A DNA stretch of 64,000 nucleotides from Pseudomonadota bacterium. Lineage in GTDB: Bacteria; Pseudomonadota; Gammaproteobacteria; Pseudomonadales; UBA7434. The notes under the pieces were generated by a model. It was not told the DNA's origin. It did no database searches and saw only the letters and a list, made by a program, of their open reading frames with translations. This document shows, piece after piece, positions 19,121-28,743 of the stretch. The first letter of the stretch is position 1, and every line of letters starts with the position of its first letter. The stretch covers positions 2,794 through 66,793 of the forward strand of contig JAYYUJ010000011.1 in NCBI GenBank assembly GCA_036344075.1, read 5' to 3'. The position numbers were made by a program, and so were the translations under genes.

Positions 19121-20855
19121 TATTAGACCATCCTTGTATCACTTGCGCCACACGATCTGGATCTTGAGCTACCATATTTTTTACCATATTGATCTGGTCT
19201 TCTAGACTATCGTTCGGAGAAGGCAGGAGGTAATTACCACTTGGGTTAAATGTGACATTTCCCTCAGCATCCACTGAACCACCGCTGGCGACGCTTGATT
19301 GCTGAATCGCATTTAACGCTGCTAGATGCTTCTTTTCGAGCTGCTTAATTTTTTTTGAATTTTCGGTCAATCGTTGCAAGGTCGGTCGAAGTACTAAAAA
19401 GATTATAATTAAAAATACAGCAATGCTTAAGGCCCAACGAAGCCCTTGCCAAAAAATATCATGCTCCCAAAAACTTATCGCCTGCAGCGGTGGCAACTCT
19501 GCTTGCTCACGTAGGAATGGGGTATTGACGACAATCACTTGGTCACCTCTTGTGACGTCATAACCGACTGCATTTTGTACTAAGACCGTCAGTCGATCCA
19601 AGTCTTCCGCCCGCCAAGATTCAGTCCCACTAACAGACACTTGATCGGCATCTTGATTATCGGCCTGGTCGATGCCAGTCGTTAAATCATCGACCGCGAC
19701 AGCCACTGATAAACGTCGAATTTGACCCACAGCATTCCGCGTATAACTGATCGTTCTATCTAACTCATAATTACGGACTTCAAGTGACCGTGATTGCCGC
19801 GGTGGTTCAATCTGGACTCCAGTTACGGGATCCACTGCCGCTTGGGTTGTGCCTGTTAATGGTGGTTGATTACTTAAAGATCCAGGAACTCCAACCGCTT
19901 GTTCCCGAGCACGATTTTGTTCAATACTTAACTCTTCGCTGCGGACGGCTGAAATATCAGGATTGTAAATTTCAGCCGTCTGCTCAACTTGGGTAAAATC
20001 TAAGTCAATGGATATTTCAGCCTGAAACTTATCCTCACCAACGATAGGCGCAAGTAAACCATTAACGCGGTCAAGCAGATCAGACTCTATTTGTCGGGTA
20101 TATTCAATTTGCCGCGCAGCTTCTGCGTACTTCGGATCTTGATCAAAATCCGATAATAAATTGCCGCGCTGATCAACTACAGTGACATTTTTCAGCAGTA
20201 ATTCAGGCACACTTGACGCCACTAAGTTTGCCACCGCTCGCACTTGTTTTTCACCGACAATGCGGCCTTGGTAGGCCTCGATAAAAACCGATGCACGTGG
20301 TTGCCGCTTATCGCGTAAAAATACCGATGATTTAGGTATGGCTAAATGAACGCGAGCCGATCTTACACTCGCAATACTGCTAATGGTTCTAGCCAACTCG
20401 CCTTCAAGACTACGACGATAGCGAGCACTTTCCATAAACTGACTCGTACCCAGAGGCTGATCTTTATCAAGCAACTCAAAGCCTATATTGCGATCACCAG
20501 GCATGCCTGCTGAGGCTAAACTTAATCGGGCTCGATGGATATTATCCGCCTCTACCAATAAAGCACCTGATTTTTGATCGATTCGATAACTAATCGAGTT
20601 ACTATCGAGAACTTCCATGACACTGTTAACATCAATTTGCTCAAGACTGGCATACAGTGGGCGGTAATCTTTTTCGACTACTAACCACAACGCAAGGGCG
20701 ACACCAATAGCAACGCTCGCCGCTAAACCAACCATCAAGCCAAACTGACGACCGAATTCCAAGTTCAAAAAACTTTGAAAACTATCACTAATTGATGATG
20801 GGGTATCGCTTGCGGATTGATCGGTGCTAGCGAAGTCTGTGCTGGGTTCGGCCAT
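19113..20855 (-). CDS. fliF: Flagellar MS-ring protein FliF
   Basis: 580 aa with two TM segments flanking a large periplasmic domain. It contains YRPLYASL and RYRRSLEGELARTI. Confidence 0.95.
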   Translation of the reverse strand: MAEPSTDFASTDQSASDTPSSISDSFQSFLNLEFGRQFGLMVGLAASVAIGVALALWLVVEKDYRPLYASLEQIDVNSVMEVLDSNSISYRIDQKSGALLVEADNIHRARLSLASAGMPGDRNIGFELLDKDQPLGTSQFMESARYRRSLEGELARTISSIASVRSARVHLAIPKSSVFLRDKRQPRASVFIEAYQGRIVGEKQVRAVANLVASSVPELLLKNVTVVDQRGNLLSDFDQDPKYAEAARQIEYTRQIESDLLDRVNGLLAPIVGEDKFQAEISIDLDFTQVEQTAEIYNPDISAVRSEELSIEQNRAREQAVGVPGSLSNQPPLTGTTQAAVDPVTGVQIEPPRQSRSLEVRNYELDRTISYTRNAVGQIRRLSVAVAVDDLTTGIDQADNQDADQVSVSGTESWRAEDLDRLTVLVQNAVGYDVTRGDQVIVVNTPFLREQAELPPLQAISFWEHDIFWQGLRWALSIAVFLIIIFLVLRPTLQRLTENSKKIKQLEKKHLAALNAIQQSSVASGGSVDAEGNVTFNPSGNYLLPSPNDSLEDQINMVKNMVAQDPDRVAQVIQGWSNNE

Positions 20856-20893
20856 AGTCAGCTCTTTGCAATATTAAGGTAAATCAGTCTAAA

Positions 20894-21277
20894 TTAAATG
20901 GGCATTTTCATAATATCTTCGTAAGCCTTCACAAGACGATTACGAACTTCAGACATAGCTTCAAAGGCAATACTGGCCTTTTCAGAGGCCACAACGACTT
21001 GAGAAAGCGTAACATTAGGGTCCCCTAACTGAAATGCCTCGGCGAGATTACTTGACTGCTTCTGGACGCTGTTTACTTGATCGACAGCCGAGCTCAATAA
21101 CTGTTGAAAACTCGTTGATTCGAGTGCAGAAGCATCATGCGTTGGATTGATCTTATCTGCTGATGAGGTGGCAGGCTCAAAGCCCTGTGCACGCGATTTT
21201 AATGCACGCATTTCAGAAAGCACCTGATCAATATCTGTTCGACCAACATCCACTCTATTCAAAGTTTCATCCCCCAT
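20894..21277 (-). CDS. fliE: Flagellar hook-basal body protein FliE
   Basis: 127 aa. The C-terminus reads ASIAFEAMSEVRNRLVKAYEDIMKMPI. Confidence 0.9.
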   Translation of the reverse strand: MGDETLNRVDVGRTDIDQVLSEMRALKSRAQGFEPATSSADKINPTHDASALESTSFQQLLSSAVDQVNSVQKQSSNLAEAFQLGDPNVTLSQVVVASEKASIAFEAMSEVRNRLVKAYEDIMKMPI

Positions 21278-21404
21278 AAAACATCAATAACGCTGTCAAT
21301 AATTTGTCGCCACAGCAAAACACCTTTAAAAATAATGGGCTAGGTCTCTCAGCTCGCCGATATATTGACTGATCAAAGGTAAAACTACCTTTAATAATGG
21401 GTGA

Positions 21405-21420
21405 TGCATGAAATGCGCCA
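21405..21420 (-). promoter_or_regulatory. sigma54-type promoter candidate upstream of fliE
   Basis: The minus strand reads TGGCGCATTTCATGCA, with correct GG/GC spacing. It lies about 128 nt upstream of the fliE ATG. Confidence 0.35.
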
Positions 21421-21535
21421 AGTTTTAAACCTGATCAACTGGCCTAAAAGGAACTGAAGTAATAATGGTAAATCAAAACAGCAAAGAGACTTAGCCTAGT
21501 GCTATGCGAGGTTCGCTAAGCAAAATGAAGGTCCA

Positions 21536-22597
21536 TTAATCAGCAAAGGGATAGTCAATAAATCCTTCTGAGCCCTCAACATAGAGTGTCTTAGGGTTCA
21601 TTTTCGCCAAGGGTATGCTTTCTTTTATACGCCGAACGAAGTCAGGATTAGCAATAAATGGCCGGCCAAATGTCACCGCTTTTCCATCGCCACTCGCTAA
21701 GGATTTGCTAGCCTCTTCTGCGGTATAACTTTCATTAATTAAAAGTCTATCAGCAAAATAGTCTTTGCTTATCGCAATATTATCCAGCCCCGTAGCCGGC
21801 ATACGAATAACGTGTAAATAGGCTAAATTTAATTGGGACGCTGCAGCCAAAAAGGCCCGAAAGGTCTGTTCTGGATTATCATCGTGTAAATCGTTAAACG
21901 AATGGCCTGGACAAATACGAAAGCCGACCCGCGAAGGAGAAATAGCCTCCGACATGGCAGCTAAAACCTCTAAAGGAAAGCGACAGCGATTTTCGAGACT
22001 ACCACCGTATTCATCTTGCCGATGATTCGTGCCTGTTGATAAAAACTGGGCCGGTAGATAACCAGAAGTACAGTGTAATTCAACGCCATCGAAGCCAGCA
22101 TCAATCGCATTTTGCGCTGCGCGCCGATACTCATCAATCACACTAGTAATTTCTTCTCGCAGCAAAGCTCTTGGCGTATCTAAAGGTTTCATACCTTGCT
22201 CAGTAAAAATCTCTCCTTCAGCTTTAATCGCTGAAGGAGCAACTGTCTCAGCACTAACTTCTTTATTCAAATGACTGGCTACACGCCCAACATGCATGAT
22301 CTGACAAACAATCGAACCACCCTCCGCGTGAACGGCATCGGTCACTCGACGCCATGCCGCCACTTGCTCGGCATTATAAATACCTGGCGTACGACAATAA
22401 CCCTTGCCATTCTTACTTGGCTGAACACCCTCGGTGATAATTAGACCCGCACTGGCACGCTGTCGGTAATACTCAACATGCAAATCAGTAACTAAATCGT
22501 CCTCAGCCGAAGCCCTGCTACGTGTCATAGGCGCCATCACGATACGGTTTTTTAATGAAATATCGCCTAACTGCAAGGGGGCAAATAAATTATCCAT
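21536..22597 (-). CDS. Old Yellow Enzyme family NADH:flavin oxidoreductase / ene-reductase
   Basis: 353-aa OYE TIM barrel. It contains the motifs MAPMTRSRA, GFDGVELHCTSGYL and FGRPFIANPD. Confidence 0.85.
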   Translation of the reverse strand: MDNLFAPLQLGDISLKNRIVMAPMTRSRASAEDDLVTDLHVEYYRQRASAGLIITEGVQPSKNGKGYCRTPGIYNAEQVAAWRRVTDAVHAEGGSIVCQIMHVGRVASHLNKEVSAETVAPSAIKAEGEIFTEQGMKPLDTPRALLREEITSVIDEYRRAAQNAIDAGFDGVELHCTSGYLPAQFLSTGTNHRQDEYGGSLENRCRFPLEVLAAMSEAISPSRVGFRICPGHSFNDLHDDNPEQTFRAFLAAASQLNLAYLHVIRMPATGLDNIAISKDYFADRLLINESYTAEEASKSLASGDGKAVTFGRPFIANPDFVRRIKESIPLAKMNPKTLYVEGSEGFIDYPFAD

Positions 22598-22617
22598 CGG
22601 TAGCTCCTATAACTATC

Positions 22618-23250
22618 TTAGCGAATACGAATTTTAGGTTCCGCTTGGTCAGCTCGCATCGTTTTCAAAAAAGAATCCAACGGCGCCGGAGCAGCTACTT
22701 CAGCTAGTGTTTCACTCGGAGGATTCTGCCAAAATTTTTGCCAACTAGGCCATAAATCATGGAACGCACCTTGATAAGGTTCACGATCCGGCCAGCGCAT
22801 TTTGTTATTACCAAGTGGCGGTTTATTTAAATCAACCGCATACCAATAACAAGGTAAACGGCGACGAAAGAACCAGCAGCCGTCGATGCGCTCATATTGA
22901 TCCCAATACAGCATTTGCATGATCACCCACTCATCATCTCCTGACTTTGACGGCGTTTCATGTTCGTTTTTAGAATACACCACACCCACAGCATGGTCTG
23001 GGTCGTCAAACTCGATAACGTGGCCACCAATATGATGAGAAGTGCCGGTAAATTGAAGTCTTAAGGTATCATCAAGCCAACGTTTTAAATGAGTACGGCC
23101 TTTTAATTCGCGACTGACACGAATATCCTCAGCAAATAAATTCACGTGGGCATCAAGGTCACGCATATCCAGCGACAAAGCGTACTTAGCAGCCAGCTGG
23201 CGAATACTATCAAGCGACTCTAATCGATCGATACGTGCTTCTAAATCCAT
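22618..23250 (-). CDS. NTF2-fold SnoaL_4-like protein with a C-terminal extension
   Basis: 210 aa. It contains IRQLAAKYALSLDMRD (Y-x4-D), GTSHHIGGH and IDGCWFFRRR, followed by a Trp/Pro-rich tail of about 70 aa. Confidence 0.6.
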   Translation of the reverse strand: MDLEARIDRLESLDSIRQLAAKYALSLDMRDLDAHVNLFAEDIRVSRELKGRTHLKRWLDDTLRLQFTGTSHHIGGHVIEFDDPDHAVGVVYSKNEHETPSKSGDDEWVIMQMLYWDQYERIDGCWFFRRRLPCYWYAVDLNKPPLGNNKMRWPDREPYQGAFHDLWPSWQKFWQNPPSETLAEVAAPAPLDSFLKTMRADQAEPKIRIR

Positions 23251-23338
23251 AAATGAATCCTCGCGTTAAAACTTAAAATTCATTGCCTATCATTTAAATT
23301 TTAATACCAAAATTTTTTAAAGGCATTGTACAGGGGAA

Positions 23339-24511
23339 TTAGCTTTGACCTAATATCATTGCCCCCGTTGGCACGCCAACACCGCTACTCACTAACACAT
23401 GCTCAATGCCTTTGGGCTGATTGGTTGATTCCCCCCTGATAAGCCTAACAGCCTCAGCAATATTATTTAAACCATGGATATAAGCTTCGGACAATAAGCC
23501 CCCATGAGTATTGTTTGGTAAGCGCCCATCGATATCGAGGCCACCCTCTTTAATAAAATCTTTTGCCTCACCGGGACCACAAAAGCCAAAACTTTCTAAT
23601 TGCATGACAACTTCACTTGTGAATGCATCATACAAACAAGCAGCGTCAATATCGCTCGCCTGTAATCCGCTCTGTGCATACACACGCTTGGCCGCTAACT
23701 CCATTTCTGGCAAGGTACTTAGTTCATTCCGATAGAAGCTAGTCATTTGCTCCTGCCCTTGCGTTGATGCCTGGGTAATCCCTCTAATTACTGCCGGCTT
23801 CTGCTTTAAGCCAACGGCTCTTTCTGCGCTAGTAATTAATAACGCACAACCGCCATCTGATTCTTGACAAAAATCATACAAGCGCAACGGAGATGCAATC
23901 ATTTTGGAGGCTAGATAATCTTCCATCGTTAACGGTTTTTGATAACCAAAGGCACGTGGATTTGTCACTGCGTAATTCCGTTGCGAAATAGCAACATGAC
24001 CCAAGTCTTCAGCAGTGACGTCATACTTATTCATGTATTTATTTGCAATCATGGCAATCCAAGATCCAGGCGTTAACATGCCATAAACCTGATACCACGA
24101 CCAATGCACTAAGTCACTAGTGACAATTTGCCCTGATACACCTTGCCCATTACGCTGTCCAGAACGACCATTCATAGCGCGATAAACAACTACATTATTC
24201 GCTTGGCCAGTTGCCACGGCCATAACGGCTTGATGAACTACACCAACCGCCGCGCCACCGCCATAGTTGACCTTACTAAAAAAAGTCAAATCGCCAGCTC
24301 CAACACTTCGAGCAACCTCTATCTCATCGGTAGGATCAAGCGTGTAACTGACCAAACCATCGATCTCTGATGGTGCAAGGCCAGCGTCAGTAACCGCTGC
24401 TACGACTGCCTCTGAAGCGAGAGATAGTTCGGAACGGCCTGATGCTTTAGAAAATTCAGTGCAACCAATACCCGCAATAGCGGCCTTATTATGTAAGCTT
24501 TTCATTATCAA
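23339..24511 (-). CDS. Thiolase-fold lipid-transfer protein (Ltp2/Sal-like; predicted steroid side-chain retro-aldolase)
   Basis: 390 aa. Where thiolases carry the nucleophilic Cys, the sequence reads VNYGGGAAVGVVHQAV. There is no C-terminal CxG. It retains NTHGGLLSEAYIHG. A DUF35 gene lies immediately upstream. Confidence 0.7.
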   Translation of the reverse strand: MIMKSLHNKAAIAGIGCTEFSKASGRSELSLASEAVVAAVTDAGLAPSEIDGLVSYTLDPTDEIEVARSVGAGDLTFFSKVNYGGGAAVGVVHQAVMAVATGQANNVVVYRAMNGRSGQRNGQGVSGQIVTSDLVHWSWYQVYGMLTPGSWIAMIANKYMNKYDVTAEDLGHVAISQRNYAVTNPRAFGYQKPLTMEDYLASKMIASPLRLYDFCQESDGGCALLITSAERAVGLKQKPAVIRGITQASTQGQEQMTSFYRNELSTLPEMELAAKRVYAQSGLQASDIDAACLYDAFTSEVVMQLESFGFCGPGEAKDFIKEGGLDIDGRLPNNTHGGLLSEAYIHGLNNIAEAVRLIRGESTNQPKGIEHVLVSSGVGVPTGAMILGQS

Positions 24512-24537
24512 TTTTAACTACCTAAAGCAATATGCGA

Positions 24538-24948
24538 TTATTGGGAGGGGCGAAAGTATGGCAACTGAAAACCATCAGCATCCCGCTGCATCACCATTTC
24601 AACTGGCATATCAAAATCTACCTCGTCAGGTTCACAACCAGTCAATTGAGAGGTAATACGTGTTCCCTCAGTAAGCTCAACTAGCACAATAATCAATGGA
24701 TAATCGTAGCCGGGAAACTTGGGATGGTGCAGCACCGTAAAACTACAAACAGTACCCTTACCTGATGCCGAGATAAAATCCCATTCTTGTGACTGACATT
24801 GATCGCACATGGGGCGTGGCGGATGCCTTAATGCTTGACAACCTTGGCAACGCTGGATCGCAAGGACTCCCTCAGCAGCTTGATCCCACCACCATTTATT
24901 GTCCAAACCTAGTACGGGCTTTATTCGTGATACTAACGATTCACTCAT
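24538..24948 (-). CDS. DUF35 protein (Zn-ribbon plus OB-fold), stand-alone
   Basis: 136 aa. The rubredoxin-like ribbon reads CQGCQALRHPPRPMCDQCQS, followed by the OB-fold GTVCSFTVLHHP. Confidence 0.8.
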   Translation of the reverse strand: MSESLVSRIKPVLGLDNKWWWDQAAEGVLAIQRCQGCQALRHPPRPMCDQCQSQEWDFISASGKGTVCSFTVLHHPKFPGYDYPLIIVLVELTEGTRITSQLTGCEPDEVDFDMPVEMVMQRDADGFQLPYFRPSQ

Positions 24949-24992
24949 ATCGATTATTCACCTTAAGGGGAAAAGTTTTTGCGTTAATGGTC

Positions 24993-25805
24993 TCAACTTT
25001 CAACTTTTGCGTTGTCTAGCGCAGTTATATCGAAATCAGGAATATAAAGCTGCTGCGTCTTACCGCCATCAACGGGCAAGACAATACCTGTAATGAAAGA
25101 AGCCTGATCCGAACATAAAAAACAGATTGCCTCGGCTATTTCTTCGGGCTCAGCATGACGCTGCATAGGTATCGAACCAGCAATCGTATTCATCATCACT
25201 TCACTCTTACCAGTTGCCTGATCTAGACCTGGCGTTTTAACCGAACCCGGAGCAACAACATTTACTCTGACATTATAAGGTGCAGCTTCCATTGCGGCAC
25301 AACTAGTGAAGTGATTGATAGCGGCCTTAGATGACGAATAGGCACTGGCCGCCATTCCGCCTCGCAGACTGCTCACTGATGACACTGTCACTACTGCGCC
25401 GGAGCCTTGTTGATACATTGCTTTAAAGGCTGCCTTTGTTGCAATGAACACACTGTCGACTGATGCTTTGAAATTTGATTGCCAATCATCAAGACTGGTA
25501 TGCTCTATCATACCCCCTTTTACCGAGGGAGCATTGTTAACTAAAACATCCAGACGACCAAATTTCTCTATCACCTCTTCGACAAATCGCTCGACAGCAA
25601 AGGCATCGTTTACATCAAGTGCATATCCCGTAAACTGACCACCGTCTGTAGATATGCGTTCAGCAAGTTCATCAAGCTTGGGCTTGCGACGCGAACAACC
25701 AACAACGTGCGCCCCCTCTTGGGCTAATTGAATAGCAGTACTTCTGCCTATACCTAAACTTGCCCCAGTCACAATAGCAATTTTGTTAGCAAAACGCTTT
25801 GCCAT
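24993..25805 (-). CDS. Short-chain dehydrogenase/reductase
   Basis: 270 aa. It has the motifs TGASLGIGRS, NNAP and YSSSKAAI. Confidence 0.85.
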   Translation of the reverse strand: MAKRFANKIAIVTGASLGIGRSTAIQLAQEGAHVVGCSRRKPKLDELAERISTDGGQFTGYALDVNDAFAVERFVEEVIEKFGRLDVLVNNAPSVKGGMIEHTSLDDWQSNFKASVDSVFIATKAAFKAMYQQGSGAVVTVSSVSSLRGGMAASAYSSSKAAINHFTSCAAMEAAPYNVRVNVVAPGSVKTPGLDQATGKSEVMMNTIAGSIPMQRHAEPEEIAEAICFLCSDQASFITGIVLPVDGGKTQQLYIPDFDITALDNAKVES

Positions 25806-25823
25806 AGTTTTCTCACTTTATTA

Positions 25824-26999
25824 TTAATCAGATAGGCCCAATAAGGCGCCACCAGTAGGCACACCGACGCCAGATGTTACTAATACATTATTCACTTCTT
25901 TGGCAGGTTGATTAACCGATTGACCTCGGACTAAACGGGTGGCTTCAACAATCCCATTAACACCATGAATGTATGCCTCACTCAACTGCCCACCATGAGT
26001 ATTAGTAGGTAGACGTCCATCACTTCGTAGCGCACCATCTAAAACAAATTTTGGCGCTTCTAATAAATCACAAAAACCCCATGATTCTAACTGCCATAAT
26101 ACGATTGGTGTAAACGCGTCATAAATGACCGCCGCATCGATATCATCGGCACAAAGGCCAGACTGCTCATAAGCCATCTTAGCGGCAATATCCATTGAAG
26201 GTATACGCGCGATTTCTGGCCGGTAAAAACTGGTCATTGACTCCATATCAGCAGCAGCAGCCTGCGCAACGCCCTTAATGATGACAGCCGGATGTTTTAA
26301 ATCTTTTGCTCGTTCGGCCGTCGTCACCACCACTGCACTGCCACCGTCAGTTTCCATACAGCAATCAAGCATTTTAAACGGTGAAACAATTGGCCTTGAA
26401 GCATCATAATCCGCACGATCAAAAGGACGTTGGTAGAAAAAAGCCGCAGGATTTTTGGCTGCATATTGACGTTGCACATGGGCAATCTCAAACATCGCGT
26501 CTTGTACGTTTTCTGCCAGATACATATACCGCTGTGTGTACATAGCCACCCAACTGGCTGGCGTCATTAAGCCATATGGGGTATACCAACCCCAGTGAAT
26601 AGCATCCGAGGTTAATAGTGGACCTGCAACACCCGAACTATAACGATGGCCCGAGCGTCCGTTTAATGCACGGTAACATACAACCACTTCAGCCTTTCCC
26701 GTTGCGACATCCATCACTGCTTGATGAACTAGGCCAGTAGCAGCGCCACCACCATGAGGAACCCGCGAGTAAAAAGTCAAATCGCCGATTCCAACCGCGC
26801 GAGCTATTTCAATCTCATCAGTGTTATCGAGGGTAAATGTCGTCATGCCATCGACATCAGAGGGCTTTAACCCTGCATCGGTAATGGCATCACGGACGGC
26901 CACCGATGCTAATTCCAACTCAGAAACGCCAGAGTTTTTTGAAAATTCTGTATTGGCTACACCGGCAATCGCGGCTTCACCTGAAACATTAATGGTCAT
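25824..26999 (-). CDS. Thiolase-fold lipid-transfer protein (Ltp2-like, predicted retro-aldolase), paralogue of 23339-24511
   Basis: 391 aa. The nucleophile region reads VPHGGGAATGLVHQAV with no Cys, and it retains NTHGGQLSEAYIHG. It lies downstream of a ChsH2/ChsH1-like pair, in the order of the mycobacterial igr operon. Confidence 0.7.
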   Translation of the reverse strand: MTINVSGEAAIAGVANTEFSKNSGVSELELASVAVRDAITDAGLKPSDVDGMTTFTLDNTDEIEIARAVGIGDLTFYSRVPHGGGAATGLVHQAVMDVATGKAEVVVCYRALNGRSGHRYSSGVAGPLLTSDAIHWGWYTPYGLMTPASWVAMYTQRYMYLAENVQDAMFEIAHVQRQYAAKNPAAFFYQRPFDRADYDASRPIVSPFKMLDCCMETDGGSAVVVTTAERAKDLKHPAVIIKGVAQAAAADMESMTSFYRPEIARIPSMDIAAKMAYEQSGLCADDIDAAVIYDAFTPIVLWQLESWGFCDLLEAPKFVLDGALRSDGRLPTNTHGGQLSEAYIHGVNGIVEATRLVRGQSVNQPAKEVNNVLVTSGVGVPTGGALLGLSD

Positions 27000-27023
27000 A
27001 ATTTCCTCTCCAACAGGAATGAA

Positions 27024-27437
27024 TTAAGGCAGTGCAATTTGCACAGAGCCTGTCATGTGCATTCCCCAAACATTATTCTCACCCGTAACGTCAACTTTTA
27101 TACTTTTTTCGTTGTCGTTTTTTTCAACGATTTCACCACTGACTGTCATAGTCATGCCTGGAACATTCGGCGCTCCCAACTTGACCTTTAATGCCTTCAT
27201 GACCGCCTCAGGACCAGACCAATCGGTGACGAAGCGGGCCATTAAGGCCTGACTTGTTAATATATTCATAAAAACATCCGGCAAGCCCATGCCCTGAGCT
27301 ACTGTTTTATCATGATGACAGGGCTCAAAATCTCGCGTAGCCAATGCAGCGCATGAAATAAGCGATGCGGTTATGGGTATGACTAAATCAGGAATTTTAT
27401 CGCCAATATTAACATCGGCATAGTTAAGTGTTTTCAT
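27024..27437 (-). CDS. MaoC-like (R)-hydratase hot-dog subunit (ChsH1-like)
   Basis: 137-aa single hot-dog fold. Confidence 0.7.
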   Translation of the reverse strand: MKTLNYADVNIGDKIPDLVIPITASLISCAALATRDFEPCHHDKTVAQGMGLPDVFMNILTSQALMARFVTDWSGPEAVMKALKVKLGAPNVPGMTMTVSGEIVEKNDNEKSIKVDVTGENNVWGMHMTGSVQIALP

Positions 27438-27463
27438 TACTCTGCTTCTCCTTAGCTTAGCCG

Positions 27464-28435
27464 TTAGTTATTAACAGGATAAAATTGAGGCAATATCGTT
27501 TTTTCATCAACTCGCTCAACCTTGCCTTTCAACTTCATGCCAATTTCAACATCTTTTACGTCACAACCGACAATATTTGCAACAATGCGCGTGCCCTCTG
27601 CCAAACTAATTACACCGACTAGTAAGGGATATTGATAACCAGGGAATTTAGGATGATGCATTTCAACGAAGCTAAACAATTCACCGTCTAATGTTGACTC
27701 TATCGTATCCCATTCAGTTGATTGGCAGACTCCACACATAGGTCTAGGCGGATGTCTTAAGGCACCACATGATGCGCAGCGCTGTATCAATATCTTGCCT
27801 TCATCGCAAGCGTCCCACCACCATTTATTATCTTGTCCTCGTGGGGCAGCCACTCTAGTCGGAATTTCTAACGTATCGCTGTTAGCAGTTGTAGCCTCTT
27901 CCTGTTCTGGCGGAATAAACTTGAATACTCTGAATCGTTGAGTGCCCAACAAGACGCCATCTTGATTGGTAAACTTGGCATAGGTTTCAAAAAAATAGCC
28001 AACCCCTCTAGCCGTTGTCTTTTGTTCTGAAATCGACTCAATGACACTTTCTTCAAAAATAGCGTCGCCGATTTTTGCCTCAGCAAAATATTCTTGATCA
28101 ACATTGGTGCCTAAAGAACCGCTAAAACCATGACTATCAAAGAACTTAACCATCTCAACTTGACCGTCCGTCGGACGGCCCTCGCTGGCGACTTTGTAGC
28201 CCTCTTGAGTCCAAGCATACATCATAGCTGGCGGCGCAATTAAATGGCCACGAGTACTTTTTTCAGCCCAATCTTGATCAACATAGGCGGGATTTTTTTC
28301 ACCCATCACTTCGCACCACTGGCGTATCATGGCTGAGTTAACATCATCGTATCCGCGTCGTGGGCCCTTATAGATTGGCTTTCCAACATAGGCATAGACT
28401 TTCTCTTCAAAGGCTTTCGTTTGTTCCGGCGTCAT
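27464..28435 (-). CDS. MaoC-N hot-dog domain fused to C-terminal DUF35 (ChsH2-like)
   Basis: 323 aa. The N-terminal ~190 aa form a hot-dog/FAS1-DH-like domain. The C-terminal part reads CASCGALRHPPRPMCGVCQS plus the OB-fold ELFSFVEMHHPKFPGY. This closely parallels the stand-alone DUF35 at 24538-24948. Confidence 0.7.
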   Translation of the reverse strand: MTPEQTKAFEEKVYAYVGKPIYKGPRRGYDDVNSAMIRQWCEVMGEKNPAYVDQDWAEKSTRGHLIAPPAMMYAWTQEGYKVASEGRPTDGQVEMVKFFDSHGFSGSLGTNVDQEYFAEAKIGDAIFEESVIESISEQKTTARGVGYFFETYAKFTNQDGVLLGTQRFRVFKFIPPEQEEATTANSDTLEIPTRVAAPRGQDNKWWWDACDEGKILIQRCASCGALRHPPRPMCGVCQSTEWDTIESTLDGELFSFVEMHHPKFPGYQYPLLVGVISLAEGTRIVANIVGCDVKDVEIGMKLKGKVERVDEKTILPQFYPVNN

Positions 28436-28743
28436 AGCTCAGATCCTAGTTATCTTTTTAATAAAAAATTTTCAATCATATATAATGTAACAATAAATAG
28501 CATAAACCAGCTGTAAAGGAAGTACCACCAAAGTGAAAAAAGATTCAACTTGATAATTAAATATGACTGCTACAGTAAGGAAAACATTGACTTATGGCGT
28601 TTTTTGCAAGCCAGAAACAGGCTTCGAATCACGAAAAATAATAAGGTTTAAAAACCGCTTAAAAGTTAAACGCAGCAAAATCAATTTCTATAGCTAGATT
28701 AATTTTTGTTGTTATTTGCCACATTAAAAGACTAAAAAAACAC

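Noticed and set aside
28436-28743. The 308-bp AT-rich region upstream of the ChsH2-like operon, scanned for KstR-type (TnnAACnnGTTnnA) operators and terminators
   Set aside because: No convincing palindrome of that form was found. A 7-bp AT-rich hairpin with a G-U pair near 28660-28685 is too weak to report.
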